A stretch of DNA of 64,000 nt from NCBI GenBank assembly GCA_024346625.1, contig AP024668.1, positions 1 through 64,000 on the forward strand, written 5' to 3'. The stretch is from Williopsis jadinii. Lineage: Eukaryota. This document shows positions 9,493 to 19,549 of this stretch, one piece after another. The notes under the pieces were generated by a model. It made no database searches and had not been told where the DNA came from. It was given only the letters and a program-made list of their open reading frames with translations. The stretch's first letter is position 1; every line of letters starts with the position of its first letter. Both the position numbers and the translations under genes were made by a program.

Positions 9493-12432
9493 ATGGTTCA
9501 ACACGATGTTTTACAACAAACCTCAATGACAAGAACTTTACTGATAGGTGTGGATGTTGGAGGAACAAACACAGACTCTGTGCTTGTTGATCCGCACAGA
9601 GTCAACGAAGCTAATAAAGGAGTGATCAGCTGGAACAAGTCGGTTACAACAAATGATGTATCAGATGGTATATCAAATGGTGTATCAAAGTTGATGGAAG
9701 ATGCAGTCGGTATCGATAAGAATGATATTACATCAGTGACAATTGGTACAACCCATTTCATAAATGCAGTTATTGAGCAAGATGCTTCACGCCTAGAGAA
9801 AGTCGCCATTCTCAGACTCTGTGGTCCTTATTCTCGTGAGATTCCTCCTTTTTCAAGCTTTCCAAACGGCTTAAGAAGCATAATGGAAGGATATGTCGGT
9901 TACTTGAATGGAGGATTCCATGTCGACGGTAAAAGCATTCAACCTGTTGATGAGAATGAGGTGATGAAACACGTTGATGAAATCAAAGGTAAGAATATTT
10001 CCTCAATTGTCATCAATGGGATTTTCTCTTCGCTCAACCCTGAACAAGAGATACAAGTGAAGGAGATGATTCACAAGGTATATCCATGTGCCAAGGTTGT
10101 TATGTCCCACGAAGTTTCTGGTGTTGGATATATAGAAAGGGAAAATGCATCCATTTTGAATGCTTCGATCTTGTCATTCTCTGAAAGAATAATAGGGTCG
10201 ATTGTGGATGCCATTGAGAACAGGATGGGATTTCATTGTCCTGTATTTCTTACCCAAAATGACGGAACTGTCCTGTCAGCTCATGAATGCTTGAAGTTTC
10301 CAATAAGAACTTTTTCCTCTGGAACAACAAATTCTATGAGAGGTGCTTCGTTTCTTGGTAATGTTATTGGTAAACAAGCCATTGTTGTCGATGTTGGTGG
10401 AACTACTGCAGACGTGGGATTGTTGCTTCCAACTGGATTTCCCAGAGAGTCATCTTCTTATTGCAACATTGGTTCTGTCCGGTTAAACTTTGGCATGCCC
10501 CATGTTGAAAGCATTGGACTTGGAGGCGGCTCCTTGGTTCGTGAAGTCAACGGTGACATCTTAGTGGGCCCTGAGTCTGTTGGATCCCAAATTTTGACCA
10601 GGGCATTGATATTCGAAGGTAACGAGGTCACAGCGTCTGACGTTGCAGTTGCAGCAGATAGCAACTTGACCATTGGCGATTCTTCCAAAGTCAAAAATCG
10701 TTTCTCTGAAGAGTTCATCGCAAAGTTCCAAGAGCGTGTTAAGCTGATGCTTGAAATCGTTGTTGATAAGATGAAGACGTCGCCAGAAGATGTCACTGTG
10801 ATTGCTGTTGGTGGAGGTTCATTTATAATCCCAGAGAACTTGAATGGTGCTTCCAAAGTCATTAGACCAGAGTTCTATGGAGTTGCAAACGCTATTGGTG
10901 CAGCTTTGGGAAAAATCTCTTCAGAGGTTCACGTCATTAGACAGCTTAATGGAGAACCAAAAGAAGAGATTTTAGAGCAGTTGAAGCAGGAGGCTATCGA
11001 AAAGGCACATGAGAAGGGTGCACTTGTATCATCAACGAAAATAGCCTATATTTCCAGTGAACCAATTCCATATTGTGATGGGGCTTACGAGTTTATGGTC
11101 AAAACCATCTCCGATATTGACTACGACGTTATCAAACAGAAGTTCAGTCGCTCTTTGAATATAAGATCTGAAGCAAGATCTGGGATCTTCAAAGATTCAC
11201 ATGTTCAAGAGCAAGCTGAAGTTGATCTTGATGCCTTTGATTATCTGAGTTACAAGCCCGTCATAAATAGCGAAAGGCAATGGATCTTGAGTGAGATTGA
11301 TTTAGAACTTCTCAGAATCGGTACTTATATCCTTGGCTGCGGTGGAGGTGGAGATCCATTTCCTGAATTCTTGTCAACCAGAAATCTTTTGAGGAAAGGC
11401 GAAACTATCTGTGTGGTTGATACAAAAGATATCGCTAAATACACCAAAGGTACTGGTAGCATTGGATCTCTATGCAGTGCTGGATCTCCAACAGTCTCTA
11501 ATGAACAACTGAAAGGACCTGGGATGGTTAAATGTGTTGAAGTCATGAAGAAGTTCACAGGCAAGTCCATTGATTTGGTCTTCCCTGTTGAAGTTGGTGG
11601 TGGAAATGGAATGTCTGTCTTTCGTGTTGCAACATCTTCTCAACTAAATGTTCCTGTGATCGATTGTGATCTCATGGGAAGGGCATACCCAACCCATTGG
11701 CAAACCATACCTGTTGTGAATTCTGAGGATGGCAAACCATGCTATCCTCCGCTGGTTGCAAGCAACGGTAACGGGAATACCATCATTGTTGCTGAAACAA
11801 AGAGTGATTACTTACTCGAGAAGGTCCTGAGAGCGTCTTTGTCAGAAATTGGGTGTACTGTTGACCTTATCAACCCACCAATGGATGAGAAGACCACCAC
11901 ACTTAACACCATCCATGGGTCTTTATCCTTGGCCTGGAGAATTGGAAGAGCCGTGAGAATTGCCAGACAAAGATCTGAAATCTATAAAATGCCACAACGG
12001 ATCTTAGAGGCCTTTGGCAATAGTGGTAAACTATTGTTTGAAGGAAAAATCGTCGGTGTTGAAAGAAGGCTCCATAAAGGTCATGTTTGGGGTGATGTTC
12101 TTATCGAATCTTTAGACAAAACACATGTCATGACGATTCCATTCAAAAATGAGAACATCTATGCAAAGATTGATGACAAAGTTGTATGTTCTGTTCCCGA
12201 CCTGATATCGATCATTGACTCAAACACTGGTGAAGCTGTTGGTACACCGGATTATAGGTATGGGTTATTTGTATTTGTTCTAGGTATTGCGCCTAGTGAT
12301 AAATGGACATCAACCACGAAGGCCATTGAGATTGGTGGTCCCAAGGGCTTTGATCTGGAGGATGTTGACTACAAGCCTATCTCAGAGTATAAGCCCCCAT
12401 TAACTGTCTTTGATGAATTCTTCTCAGACTGA
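9493..12432 (+). CDS. Hydantoinase A/oxoprolinase (HyuA-like ATPase) fused to DUF917
   Basis: N-half has IGVDVGGTNTD, IGTTHFINA, ENASILNA, VDVGGTTADVG, SIGLGGGS and ANAIGAA. C-half has DUF917 signatures ILGCGGGGDP, EVGGGNG, DCDLMGRAYP, FKNEN, VPDLI and YRYG. Confidence 0.92.
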   Translation: MVQHDVLQQTSMTRTLLIGVDVGGTNTDSVLVDPHRVNEANKGVISWNKSVTTNDVSDGISNGVSKLMEDAVGIDKNDITSVTIGTTHFINAVIEQDASRLEKVAILRLCGPYSREIPPFSSFPNGLRSIMEGYVGYLNGGFHVDGKSIQPVDENEVMKHVDEIKGKNISSIVINGIFSSLNPEQEIQVKEMIHKVYPCAKVVMSHEVSGVGYIERENASILNASILSFSERIIGSIVDAIENRMGFHCPVFLTQNDGTVLSAHECLKFPIRTFSSGTTNSMRGASFLGNVIGKQAIVVDVGGTTADVGLLLPTGFPRESSSYCNIGSVRLNFGMPHVESIGLGGGSLVREVNGDILVGPESVGSQILTRALIFEGNEVTASDVAVAADSNLTIGDSSKVKNRFSEEFIAKFQERVKLMLEIVVDKMKTSPEDVTVIAVGGGSFIIPENLNGASKVIRPEFYGVANAIGAALGKISSEVHVIRQLNGEPKEEILEQLKQEAIEKAHEKGALVSSTKIAYISSEPIPYCDGAYEFMVKTISDIDYDVIKQKFSRSLNIRSEARSGIFKDSHVQEQAEVDLDAFDYLSYKPVINSERQWILSEIDLELLRIGTYILGCGGGGDPFPEFLSTRNLLRKGETICVVDTKDIAKYTKGTGSIGSLCSAGSPTVSNEQLKGPGMVKCVEVMKKFTGKSIDLVFPVEVGGGNGMSVFRVATSSQLNVPVIDCDLMGRAYPTHWQTIPVVNSEDGKPCYPPLVASNGNGNTIIVAETKSDYLLEKVLRASLSEIGCTVDLINPPMDEKTTTLNTIHGSLSLAWRIGRAVRIARQRSEIYKMPQRILEAFGNSGKLLFEGKIVGVERRLHKGHVWGDVLIESLDKTHVMTIPFKNENIYAKIDDKVVCSVPDLISIIDSNTGEAVGTPDYRYGLFVFVLGIAPSDKWTSTTKAIEIGGPKGFDLEDVDYKPISEYKPPLTVFDEFFSD

Positions 12433-12766
12433 AATCTATGTTTGATCTTTTATAACTCGAAGTTTGTAGCACCATGCTGTTTGAAACTATCATTAGTCTT
12501 CCAATTCCGCTACTTAACGCAATATATCCACATGAAATCACGCCTCACACATGGGAATTGCTCCAATCGTGATGATGGTATACTGATGATTGCTACATTT
12601 CCATATCTTGATAATTTTCATCCAGCCAATGAAATTAAAGAGGATCAAAAAGGAGGAATAACTATGGGTTGGGAACTCTCTCTTCGGCTTCTTTGTTGGA
12701 TGCCTCTGACCAGCCCACTACAGTATACCAAGTAAATCCATGCAAAGGTTCAATATGAATACATAT

Positions 12767-13693
12767 TTATGGCTTCTTTCCTGGTGCCTCTAAATCCTTA
12801 TAGAACCAATACCCAACGTCAGGGCCGTAATCACAGTATCTAATAGAATAACCCAGGTTGTTGATCACATTGAAGTCATCCTCACTGAGAACGACTTTGC
12901 TACCTTGCAAATTTTCGTCAATTCTTGCAGGTGTAACGCTCTTTGGGATCACAGAGGTTCCTCTCTTCAAAGCCCATGCAATAACCACTTGAGAAGCGCT
13001 GATGCCCAACTTTTTGGCAACCATCTGGACATCTGGGTGGGATAGAATGCGAGGTTCTCCATCCAAATGATAAGTTGGATTTTGATTTCCAAACGCAGAA
13101 TAAGCAGTAACATGTATTTCCTGCCCTTTATGCCAATCTAAAAACTCCTGTTGCTTCAAGTAGGGGTGCAATTCCATCTGGTGCACTTGAGGTTTAATAG
13201 TGCATGACTCCAACAGACGCTCCATTTCACCCCTGGAGAAGTTTGAAACACCAATTGCTCTAACTTTACCAGTGTCCAAGAGGGATTCCATCGCTTTCCA
13301 AGTGTCTATATAGTCAATATCGACAACCGACAATTCACCACTTGCATCGAACTTCTGCTTATCATGAGCAGCTGGATAGTGCATAAGGTAGAGATCAACA
13401 TAATCAACACCTAGTTTCTTCAAGCTTTCATCAAGAGCTTTAGGGACGTCCTTTGGATCGTGGTCCGAGTTCCATAGCTTGGTGGTGAGGAAGAAGTTCT
13501 CCCTTGGTACATCAGAGTCTTTGATACCTTTCCCAACTGCATCCTCATTCCCATATATCATCGCAGTATCTATGTGGGTGTAACCGGTACGAAGAGCATG
13601 TTCCACAGCTTTAGAAACTTGTTCAGAAGGCGATTGCCATGTTCCTAATCCAAACAGTGGCATCTCCACTCCATTGTTGAGCACGGTTGTCAT
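12767..13693 (-). CDS. NADPH-dependent aldo-keto reductase (Gcy1/Ypr1-like)
   Basis: GLGTW, catalytic D/Y (IDTAMIY), K (TTKLW), H (LMHYP), GVSNF, IPKS. Confidence 0.93.
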   Translation of the reverse strand: MTTVLNNGVEMPLFGLGTWQSPSEQVSKAVEHALRTGYTHIDTAMIYGNEDAVGKGIKDSDVPRENFFLTTKLWNSDHDPKDVPKALDESLKKLGVDYVDLYLMHYPAAHDKQKFDASGELSVVDIDYIDTWKAMESLLDTGKVRAIGVSNFSRGEMERLLESCTIKPQVHQMELHPYLKQQEFLDWHKGQEIHVTAYSAFGNQNPTYHLDGEPRILSHPDVQMVAKKLGISASQVVIAWALKRGTSVIPKSVTPARIDENLQGSKVVLSEDDFNVINNLGYSIRYCDYGPDVGYWFYKDLEAPGKKP

Positions 13694-13799
13694 TGTAGTT
13701 CCTGAGTCCTCGAGCTAAAAGGAGGAAGGACGGTACCAGCAATCAATGGATTTTCCCCTTTTCTTAAGAGCCCAGGTACAACATCACCTCTGAATATAA

Positions 13800-14535
13800 C
13801 AAACTGTTATCACTTTGATAGAACAACTTGAAAAGTGGCGGCCTTATCTTCATTCCACGTCTCTATACCATAGAATCTGATCACGGTGGAGTACCTCGGT
13901 GGAGGATCATGGTGGCGGATCTTGGTGGCGGATCTTGGTGGAGACTCTGGGGGAAAATAGACTTTCACCTCAGTGGTTGAGTGCGTCAACACAGTAGATT
14001 TACCGTACATAACTCGGGTAAATACCACAGGGAACCGCCACCAGTACCTTATCAATTACACATTCACACCGCCACCAATCAGGACCACTGTATACCGGCC
14101 TCTTTTGCATTTCTATTTCAACAGATTCCAACGGTTTCGCTATCAATTCCTTTGAATTGGTGTACTTTTGGTGATTGTTTCTCAGGTGGAGATGAAGACA
14201 AACAAGGTATCTCGGGAGAAAATCGTTTTCTTTTTGAGATAAGGTCCAGCCTTGTATACAGCCGCGTGAGTAATAGTTTCTCAAAGCAGATCCGAAATGG
14301 ATAATTGGTGTCCTTGGTCAAGAATAAACGATCCTGTTTTAGTTGTGATAAAGCTAACTGACGGCCAGGAGGGGGAGCAGCATTCATTGTGATAAGAAGG
14401 CGATTGAGGTTGTTCTTTATGCTTTAGTTGTGCATGATAGAGGCTTTTCAATCATCGGGAATAATTAGCTCTCTACGTATAGCGCAAAGGTATATAAGCG
14501 CACAGGGAAGTGCACACTTTCAGCTACCGATAATC
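13800..14535. promoter_or_regulatory. Divergent promoter with 8 GATAA sites, a 13-bp x5 GGTGG array and a TATA box
   Basis: GATAA/TTATC at 13807, 13844, 14049, 14238, 14300, 14347, 14391, 14529; GGTGG at 13885, 13898, 13911, 13924, 13937; CCGCCACCA at 14035 and 14069; TATATAA at 14491. Confidence 0.65.
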
Positions 14536-14569
14536 AAGCATCTGTGTCTTTCAAGGACAAGAAGCTATT

Positions 14570-16234
14570 ATGATTAAGGGAGTTTTCTCCAAAGGATGGA
14601 AAGAGAGACTCCAAGTCCCCACAGATGAAGGTTATGAGAACGATCCGTTAACAAATAGAGATCTGATTCCATTCGGGAAAAATAGAAGAACATGGTCGCC
14701 ATCAGCGTATGCCATGTACTGGATTATTGAGGCCTGTTCAATCACAGGATACACCACGGGCTCGTCACTGGTTGGGTACGGTTTAAGCGTCAAACAGGCT
14801 ATTCTCTGCTCGTTTGCAGCAGGTGTGTTGTACGGAATGTGCGCAGTTTTGATGGGTATTATTGGTGCTTACCATCATATTGGTTATCCAGTGCTAGCTC
14901 GTATGGTTTATGGTATTCAAGGTGCCAAGTTCGGTATTGTCCTTAGAATCATCACTGGTATCATCTGGTGGGGTGTTCAGGCCTACTACGGCGCTCAAGC
15001 TGCGGCGGTGATGATCAGTTGTCTAAGTCCATCGTTCTTAACTTGGGATTCATTTGACAACAAAAACGACATTACATCAGCCAATCTTGTTGGTCTGATG
15101 GTCTATTGTGGTCTAATGGTTCCCTGTCTGTTCATAAAACCGGAGAATTTACACTGGTTTTTCAGAACTGTTACTTTCTTCATAGTGGGTACTTTCTTTG
15201 GGATGCTCGGATACTGTGTCAAACATGCACACGGTGTCGGAGAACTCTTCAGTAAGCCCTCTGGTAACTATCCTAGTGGATCTCTTGGATGGGCATGTGT
15301 CCAAGGTATATTCTCCATATTGGGTAGTGCAGGAACAGGTATTTTGGGTCAATCTGATTTTACAAGATACTCCAAAACCAAACGTGGTCCTATGTATTCC
15401 CAAATGATTGGTGCTCCTACAGCGTTGGTCTTTGCATGTATAATGGGATCTATCAGCACTTCTGCATCAAACGAATTCATCGGTGAGGTGATTTGGAACC
15501 CAATTACGTTGCTGGCAACAATTCTAAAGTACAACAACTTTAACTCTGCTTCTAGAGCTGCTGTTTTCTTCGCTTCGGCATCTTTCCTTTCCCAACAGCT
15601 TGCAATTAACCTGTTATTGAACTCTTTATCGTCTTCCATGGATATGGCTGGTTTGTTTCCAAAGTATATCAATATCAGAAGAGGTACGTTTATTGTTATG
15701 GCCATTGGTATCTTGATATGGCCCTGGAAGATTTTAACAAGTGCCAAAGCTGTGATAGTGTTTGGTACTGGTTGGGGTTGCTTTGCATCTGCTCAAACTG
15801 GTAATGTCATCTTCACCTATTTCGTCACTTACAAGAGAAAGATTTTGCTAAAGGACCTTTATATCAACAATAGCGAATCAATTTATTGGTTTTGGAATGG
15901 AATCGATTGGAGATCTATTGCTTCTTTCTTTGTTGGGACTGTTTTCCTTATTCCTGGCTTGGCCTTTGACTGCCAGGGTGAAACTCGTGGAGGCTGGACC
16001 TACATCTACAGATTTTCATACCTCACTGGTATTGTGTTGTCTATGGCAAGCTTGTTCGTGTTGGAGAAGATATTCCCAAAGAAAACGATCCAGCCAAGTA
16101 CAAAGGTTGATGACATCTACAATCCAGATGGTAGCTTGATCGAAGAGGTCAACGGCCTGAGCGGCTCAAACAGTGTTGAACTTGTTAGTGTCTCCGTGTC
16201 TTCCAAAGGGCATCGTGAAGAATCAAGCAAGTGA
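14570..16234 (+). CDS. NCS1 nucleobase:cation symporter, Fur4/Dal4-type
   Basis: NRDLIP...RRTW N-terminus, ~12 hydrophobic segments, IGYPVLAR.YG, QSDFTRY, WNP, PKYINIRRG, PWKIL, YWFWNGIDWR. Confidence 0.92.
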   Translation: MIKGVFSKGWKERLQVPTDEGYENDPLTNRDLIPFGKNRRTWSPSAYAMYWIIEACSITGYTTGSSLVGYGLSVKQAILCSFAAGVLYGMCAVLMGIIGAYHHIGYPVLARMVYGIQGAKFGIVLRIITGIIWWGVQAYYGAQAAAVMISCLSPSFLTWDSFDNKNDITSANLVGLMVYCGLMVPCLFIKPENLHWFFRTVTFFIVGTFFGMLGYCVKHAHGVGELFSKPSGNYPSGSLGWACVQGIFSILGSAGTGILGQSDFTRYSKTKRGPMYSQMIGAPTALVFACIMGSISTSASNEFIGEVIWNPITLLATILKYNNFNSASRAAVFFASASFLSQQLAINLLLNSLSSSMDMAGLFPKYINIRRGTFIVMAIGILIWPWKILTSAKAVIVFGTGWGCFASAQTGNVIFTYFVTYKRKILLKDLYINNSESIYWFWNGIDWRSIASFFVGTVFLIPGLAFDCQGETRGGWTYIYRFSYLTGIVLSMASLFVLEKIFPKKTIQPSTKVDDIYNPDGSLIEEVNGLSGSNSVELVSVSVSSKGHREESSK

Positions 16235-16343
16235 GACATAATGTTTCCATTTTATGCTATTTATATTCTTGTCTATCGTCTTACACACGGATCTTTTATT
16301 TGAACTTCTTGTTAGGATGACGTAATAAATGTTAGTCGTATGC

Positions 16344-17444
16344 CTATACACTTAAGTTACCGAGCTTCTTCTGTAGCTCATCAGAGAGCTTTCTCGTCTC
16401 TTCATTTAAATCCTCAAAATTCGTGACTGGTGCCTCAGCAAACGTTGAGACTCTATAACAGTGTCTAGAGGATCCTTCGAAATCAGCAAGTGCAGAATGA
16501 AGACATCTACGGTTATCCCACAGCACAACAGTTCCAGGTTCCCACCTTGCTCTGAGATGTGTATCTGGTTGACCATATATCTTGTCCTTCAAATATTTGA
16601 AGATTAACTGTGATTCTTCTTCATCAAGGTTGTCAAACTTCTGGGTGAAATGGCTAAAGAAGACATTTTTCTTCTGAGTAACTGGGTGGATTCTTACTAT
16701 AGGATGAGAATTCTCCTCAGGTGGAGTTCTTAGGAATCCCTTCACTTGTCCGTTGATTTTCGATGGACCCACGTTGGAGAATACACCAGTGAGAGTCTCC
16801 AAGATCTTTTGGAACCCTGGAGAAAATCTCTCATAAATCTCCTGCGAATCAACGAAAAGCGTATCGCCACCTGTCTCAGGACCGTCCAAAATTCCAAAGA
16901 TCGTCACTCCAGGCGTGAACACCTCCCAGTTATCATCGACATGGATCCCAACTACCCGTTTGGGGTTAACCTTTTCATTCGGATCACGATAGACAATGTG
17001 GAAGTTTGGCTCCGTTTCCGGAGTTCCAATAAACGAAGTAGGATTCAATGGGCCAAAGTATCTTCCAAAATTGCTGTTGAATTCTAGACCTTTGTCTTTC
17101 AAGTCCTGGTTTCTGAAAACAACAAATCCTCTTTGGGCCAAGAGCAACGCTAACTCATCTTTGGCTGCATCTGACAAGGATGATAACTGAATACCACTTC
17201 TAATTTCAGTACCGAACTTGGGACTGAGGTCAATCTTATCAATGTCACTGTCCTCAGGGAATAGATTTGGCAGTTTCGGATCAGCAAAGAAGGCACGATC
17301 AATGTAGCCATCGTTATTAGGTGGTGCTGGGTATTTCACATTCGGATTCCAAACTGGCAACCACTCGGGGTATTTTGAGTTGTCATATGCCTCCTTGGAT
17401 AGCCTTTTGACACCGTCCTTGTCGGTAACAATATCTAGCGGCAT
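16344..17444 (-). CDS. TauD/Jlp1-family 2OG-dependent dioxygenase
   Basis: YPEWLPVW, PKFGTEI.GIQLS.L, RGFVVFRNQD, HxD (IHVDD), GGDTLF, HPIVRIHPVT, WEPGTVVLWDNRRCLH. Confidence 0.9.
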   Translation of the reverse strand: MPLDIVTDKDGVKRLSKEAYDNSKYPEWLPVWNPNVKYPAPPNNDGYIDRAFFADPKLPNLFPEDSDIDKIDLSPKFGTEIRSGIQLSSLSDAAKDELALLLAQRGFVVFRNQDLKDKGLEFNSNFGRYFGPLNPTSFIGTPETEPNFHIVYRDPNEKVNPKRVVGIHVDDNWEVFTPGVTIFGILDGPETGGDTLFVDSQEIYERFSPGFQKILETLTGVFSNVGPSKINGQVKGFLRTPPEENSHPIVRIHPVTQKKNVFFSHFTQKFDNLDEEESQLIFKYLKDKIYGQPDTHLRARWEPGTVVLWDNRRCLHSALADFEGSSRHCYRVSTFAEAPVTNFEDLNEETRKLSDELQKKLGNLSV

Positions 17445-17929
17445 CTCTTCTCGTCTGATGTTGGCATTGTAGAGATGGTGGGCAGATCGATTGGACCTCT
17501 TCGCCTATTTAAATACTTCTCTGTGTGTGGAGTTCATGCCTTCGTAAAATGTGGCTCTTGTATAATGGCGGCGCCAACACAGCCAGAATAGGAAGTAAAT
17601 ACGGAGGACCATTATCTGTGGCATTTCAAGTTAACAATGGTCTGATTAACGACATTGAAACATTCATCACAATCCACAGCATCTTAGTTCCCAGCAACAG
17701 TAAGTCTTGTCACACTGAATCAGTCTAGATCCAAAACATCTTTTGCCTCAGCTCAAGTTGAAGATGAACGAGTCCTGGCATCAGAATGTAAACACGGTTC
17801 ACGCACGTATTATGTAATCGCTGACTAAACTGGTACTGGAATCAAGCAGACAAGGCAGAATGGCATATTTATCTTCTTTATTGGTTGACTATTGTAGTAA
17901 TAATGAATAGCAGATTGGATATAGGTATT

Positions 17930-19549
17930 TCATTTGAGAATGTCATTGCTATCTGCAGCCGAAATTCCATCGGTTTCACTCTCGTCCAAGTTCGATTTGG
18001 GACCAAAGTAGTACCTCTTCTTATATGCAAAGTAATATGCAATGGCTAAGACCCACACTCCACAATTTATGACGACAGCGTAGTTCATCGAGGTGCTCTC
18101 TGGGTGCCTGGAACTTGGAAACATTGCGAGAACGATAATGAAGCACATAAAAGTGATTGATAAAACATTAGCCACTATGGAAGCCTTCATGCCATGATGG
18201 AATAATCCCGGAGTGAACTTATCTCTTCCTGTGGTGAGTCGCAAGATCTGTGGTGTCATCCACGCAACGTAACTGCCAATAACACCAATGGAAAATAGTG
18301 CACTCGAGGCAGCCTCTCCAACCAGGATTAGCAGTCCAATCAATAGACTGATAGTTGCAGCAGATCCTACTGCCCTTAGAGGAACAGAGAGTCTTTTGTT
18401 CACAACTTTGACAAAACTAGAAAACATGAACCCATCATCTCTTGCAAAAGCCCAAAGTTGTCTCGAAAGAGATGTCATGATACTGCAGCCCATTAAGAAT
18501 TGACAACTTGCTGTCAATGAAATGAAGGCTACTGCCCATTTTTTGCCCAAAGCATCGTAGAACATTTGAGTGAGAGGCTGTCCAGAAGGTGTGGAGATGA
18601 GCTCCTCAACATTGGGATCCATACATGCATTTAACACAATGATAATGAAAAATCCCATCATCCAGCAGGCTGTTATCGATCCTAGAATGCCTCTAGGTAC
18701 TGATTTTGAGGGATTCTTTGCCTCTTCCGACATGTGAACACACGCATCAAAACAGCAAATGGTCCAAACAACTGGCATGAGTCCAAATTGGAAGAAAGCC
18801 CATCCATCAGGCCAATCAGAGAGGTTTTCAAAATGACCAAATATGAATTTACCATCGTTGAATGATCGATTTTTGGCAGTGCCAATTGGTAAAGCGATCA
18901 AAAATATCACAACCAAGATGTAATTGGCAACAATTGATGTGCCCTGGAGACGAGCAACGACACCAGATGCAAGCGAACAGACCAAGAGCTCTGTTACTGT
19001 GCATGCAGCAAAGACACCATAGATCTGGCCGTTAGTAATGTTGAAGTTTCCGTCCTTCGAGATGTAAACAGCACTGAGAACCTGGACAGCCATCCCATAT
19101 GTGATTGAGCATAACCCACCAGCTATTGCAGAAGAATTTGTTAAACCGATAACAAAAGATATGAGGTTTCTCCATTTCGGAGGGGCATAGTAGTGTGTCC
19201 AGTAGTATAACCCACCTGATGTTGGAATGGCACTTGCAAGCTCAGACATACAATAACCAATTGTCAATACGAAAGCACCTCCTAAGAACCATCCCCACAG
19301 AAGCGTTGCTGGCCCACCCATGAGTCCTGTCATCATCGTTGAAGCGACAGATGGTAAAATCCCCATAATGGAGAAGGCAACTCCAAACACTTGGACTGAG
19401 CTCATATTACGTTTCAACTCTTGCTTATAGCCGATCTGTGCAAGGAGTTCTGATGCATCGGAAGTTTCTTTGGCATTGATATGTTTCTCTCTTCCAGATA
19501 CAACTGGATGAGTAGCACAGTTATCTGAGTCCCCTTTAGAAACGTCCAT
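17930..19549 (-). CDS. APC-family GABA/polyamine permease (Uga4-like), paralog 1
   Basis: LAQIGYKQELKR, FSIMG, ELASAIPTSGGLY, FDACVHMSEEA, SRQLWAFARD, FGPKSNL. Confidence 0.92.
   Translation of the reverse strand: MDVSKGDSDNCATHPVVSGREKHINAKETSDASELLAQIGYKQELKRNMSSVQVFGVAFSIMGILPSVASTMMTGLMGGPATLLWGWFLGGAFVLTIGYCMSELASAIPTSGGLYYWTHYYAPPKWRNLISFVIGLTNSSAIAGGLCSITYGMAVQVLSAVYISKDGNFNITNGQIYGVFAACTVTELLVCSLASGVVARLQGTSIVANYILVVIFLIALPIGTAKNRSFNDGKFIFGHFENLSDWPDGWAFFQFGLMPVVWTICCFDACVHMSEEAKNPSKSVPRGILGSITACWMMGFFIIIVLNACMDPNVEELISTPSGQPLTQMFYDALGKKWAVAFISLTASCQFLMGCSIMTSLSRQLWAFARDDGFMFSSFVKVVNKRLSVPLRAVGSAATISLLIGLLILVGEAASSALFSIGVIGSYVAWMTPQILRLTTGRDKFTPGLFHHGMKASIVANVLSITFMCFIIVLAMFPSSRHPESTSMNYAVVINCGVWVLAIAYYFAYKKRYYFGPKSNLDESETDGISAADSNDILK

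Noticed and set aside
8079..16234. Recent bacterial horizontal transfer of the cluster
   Set aside because: Proteins look fungal-type (Fur-type NCS1, T7H-like, fused HyuA-DUF917), genes are divergently arranged rather than operonic, and promoters carry yeast motifs; no sequence evidence for HGT.
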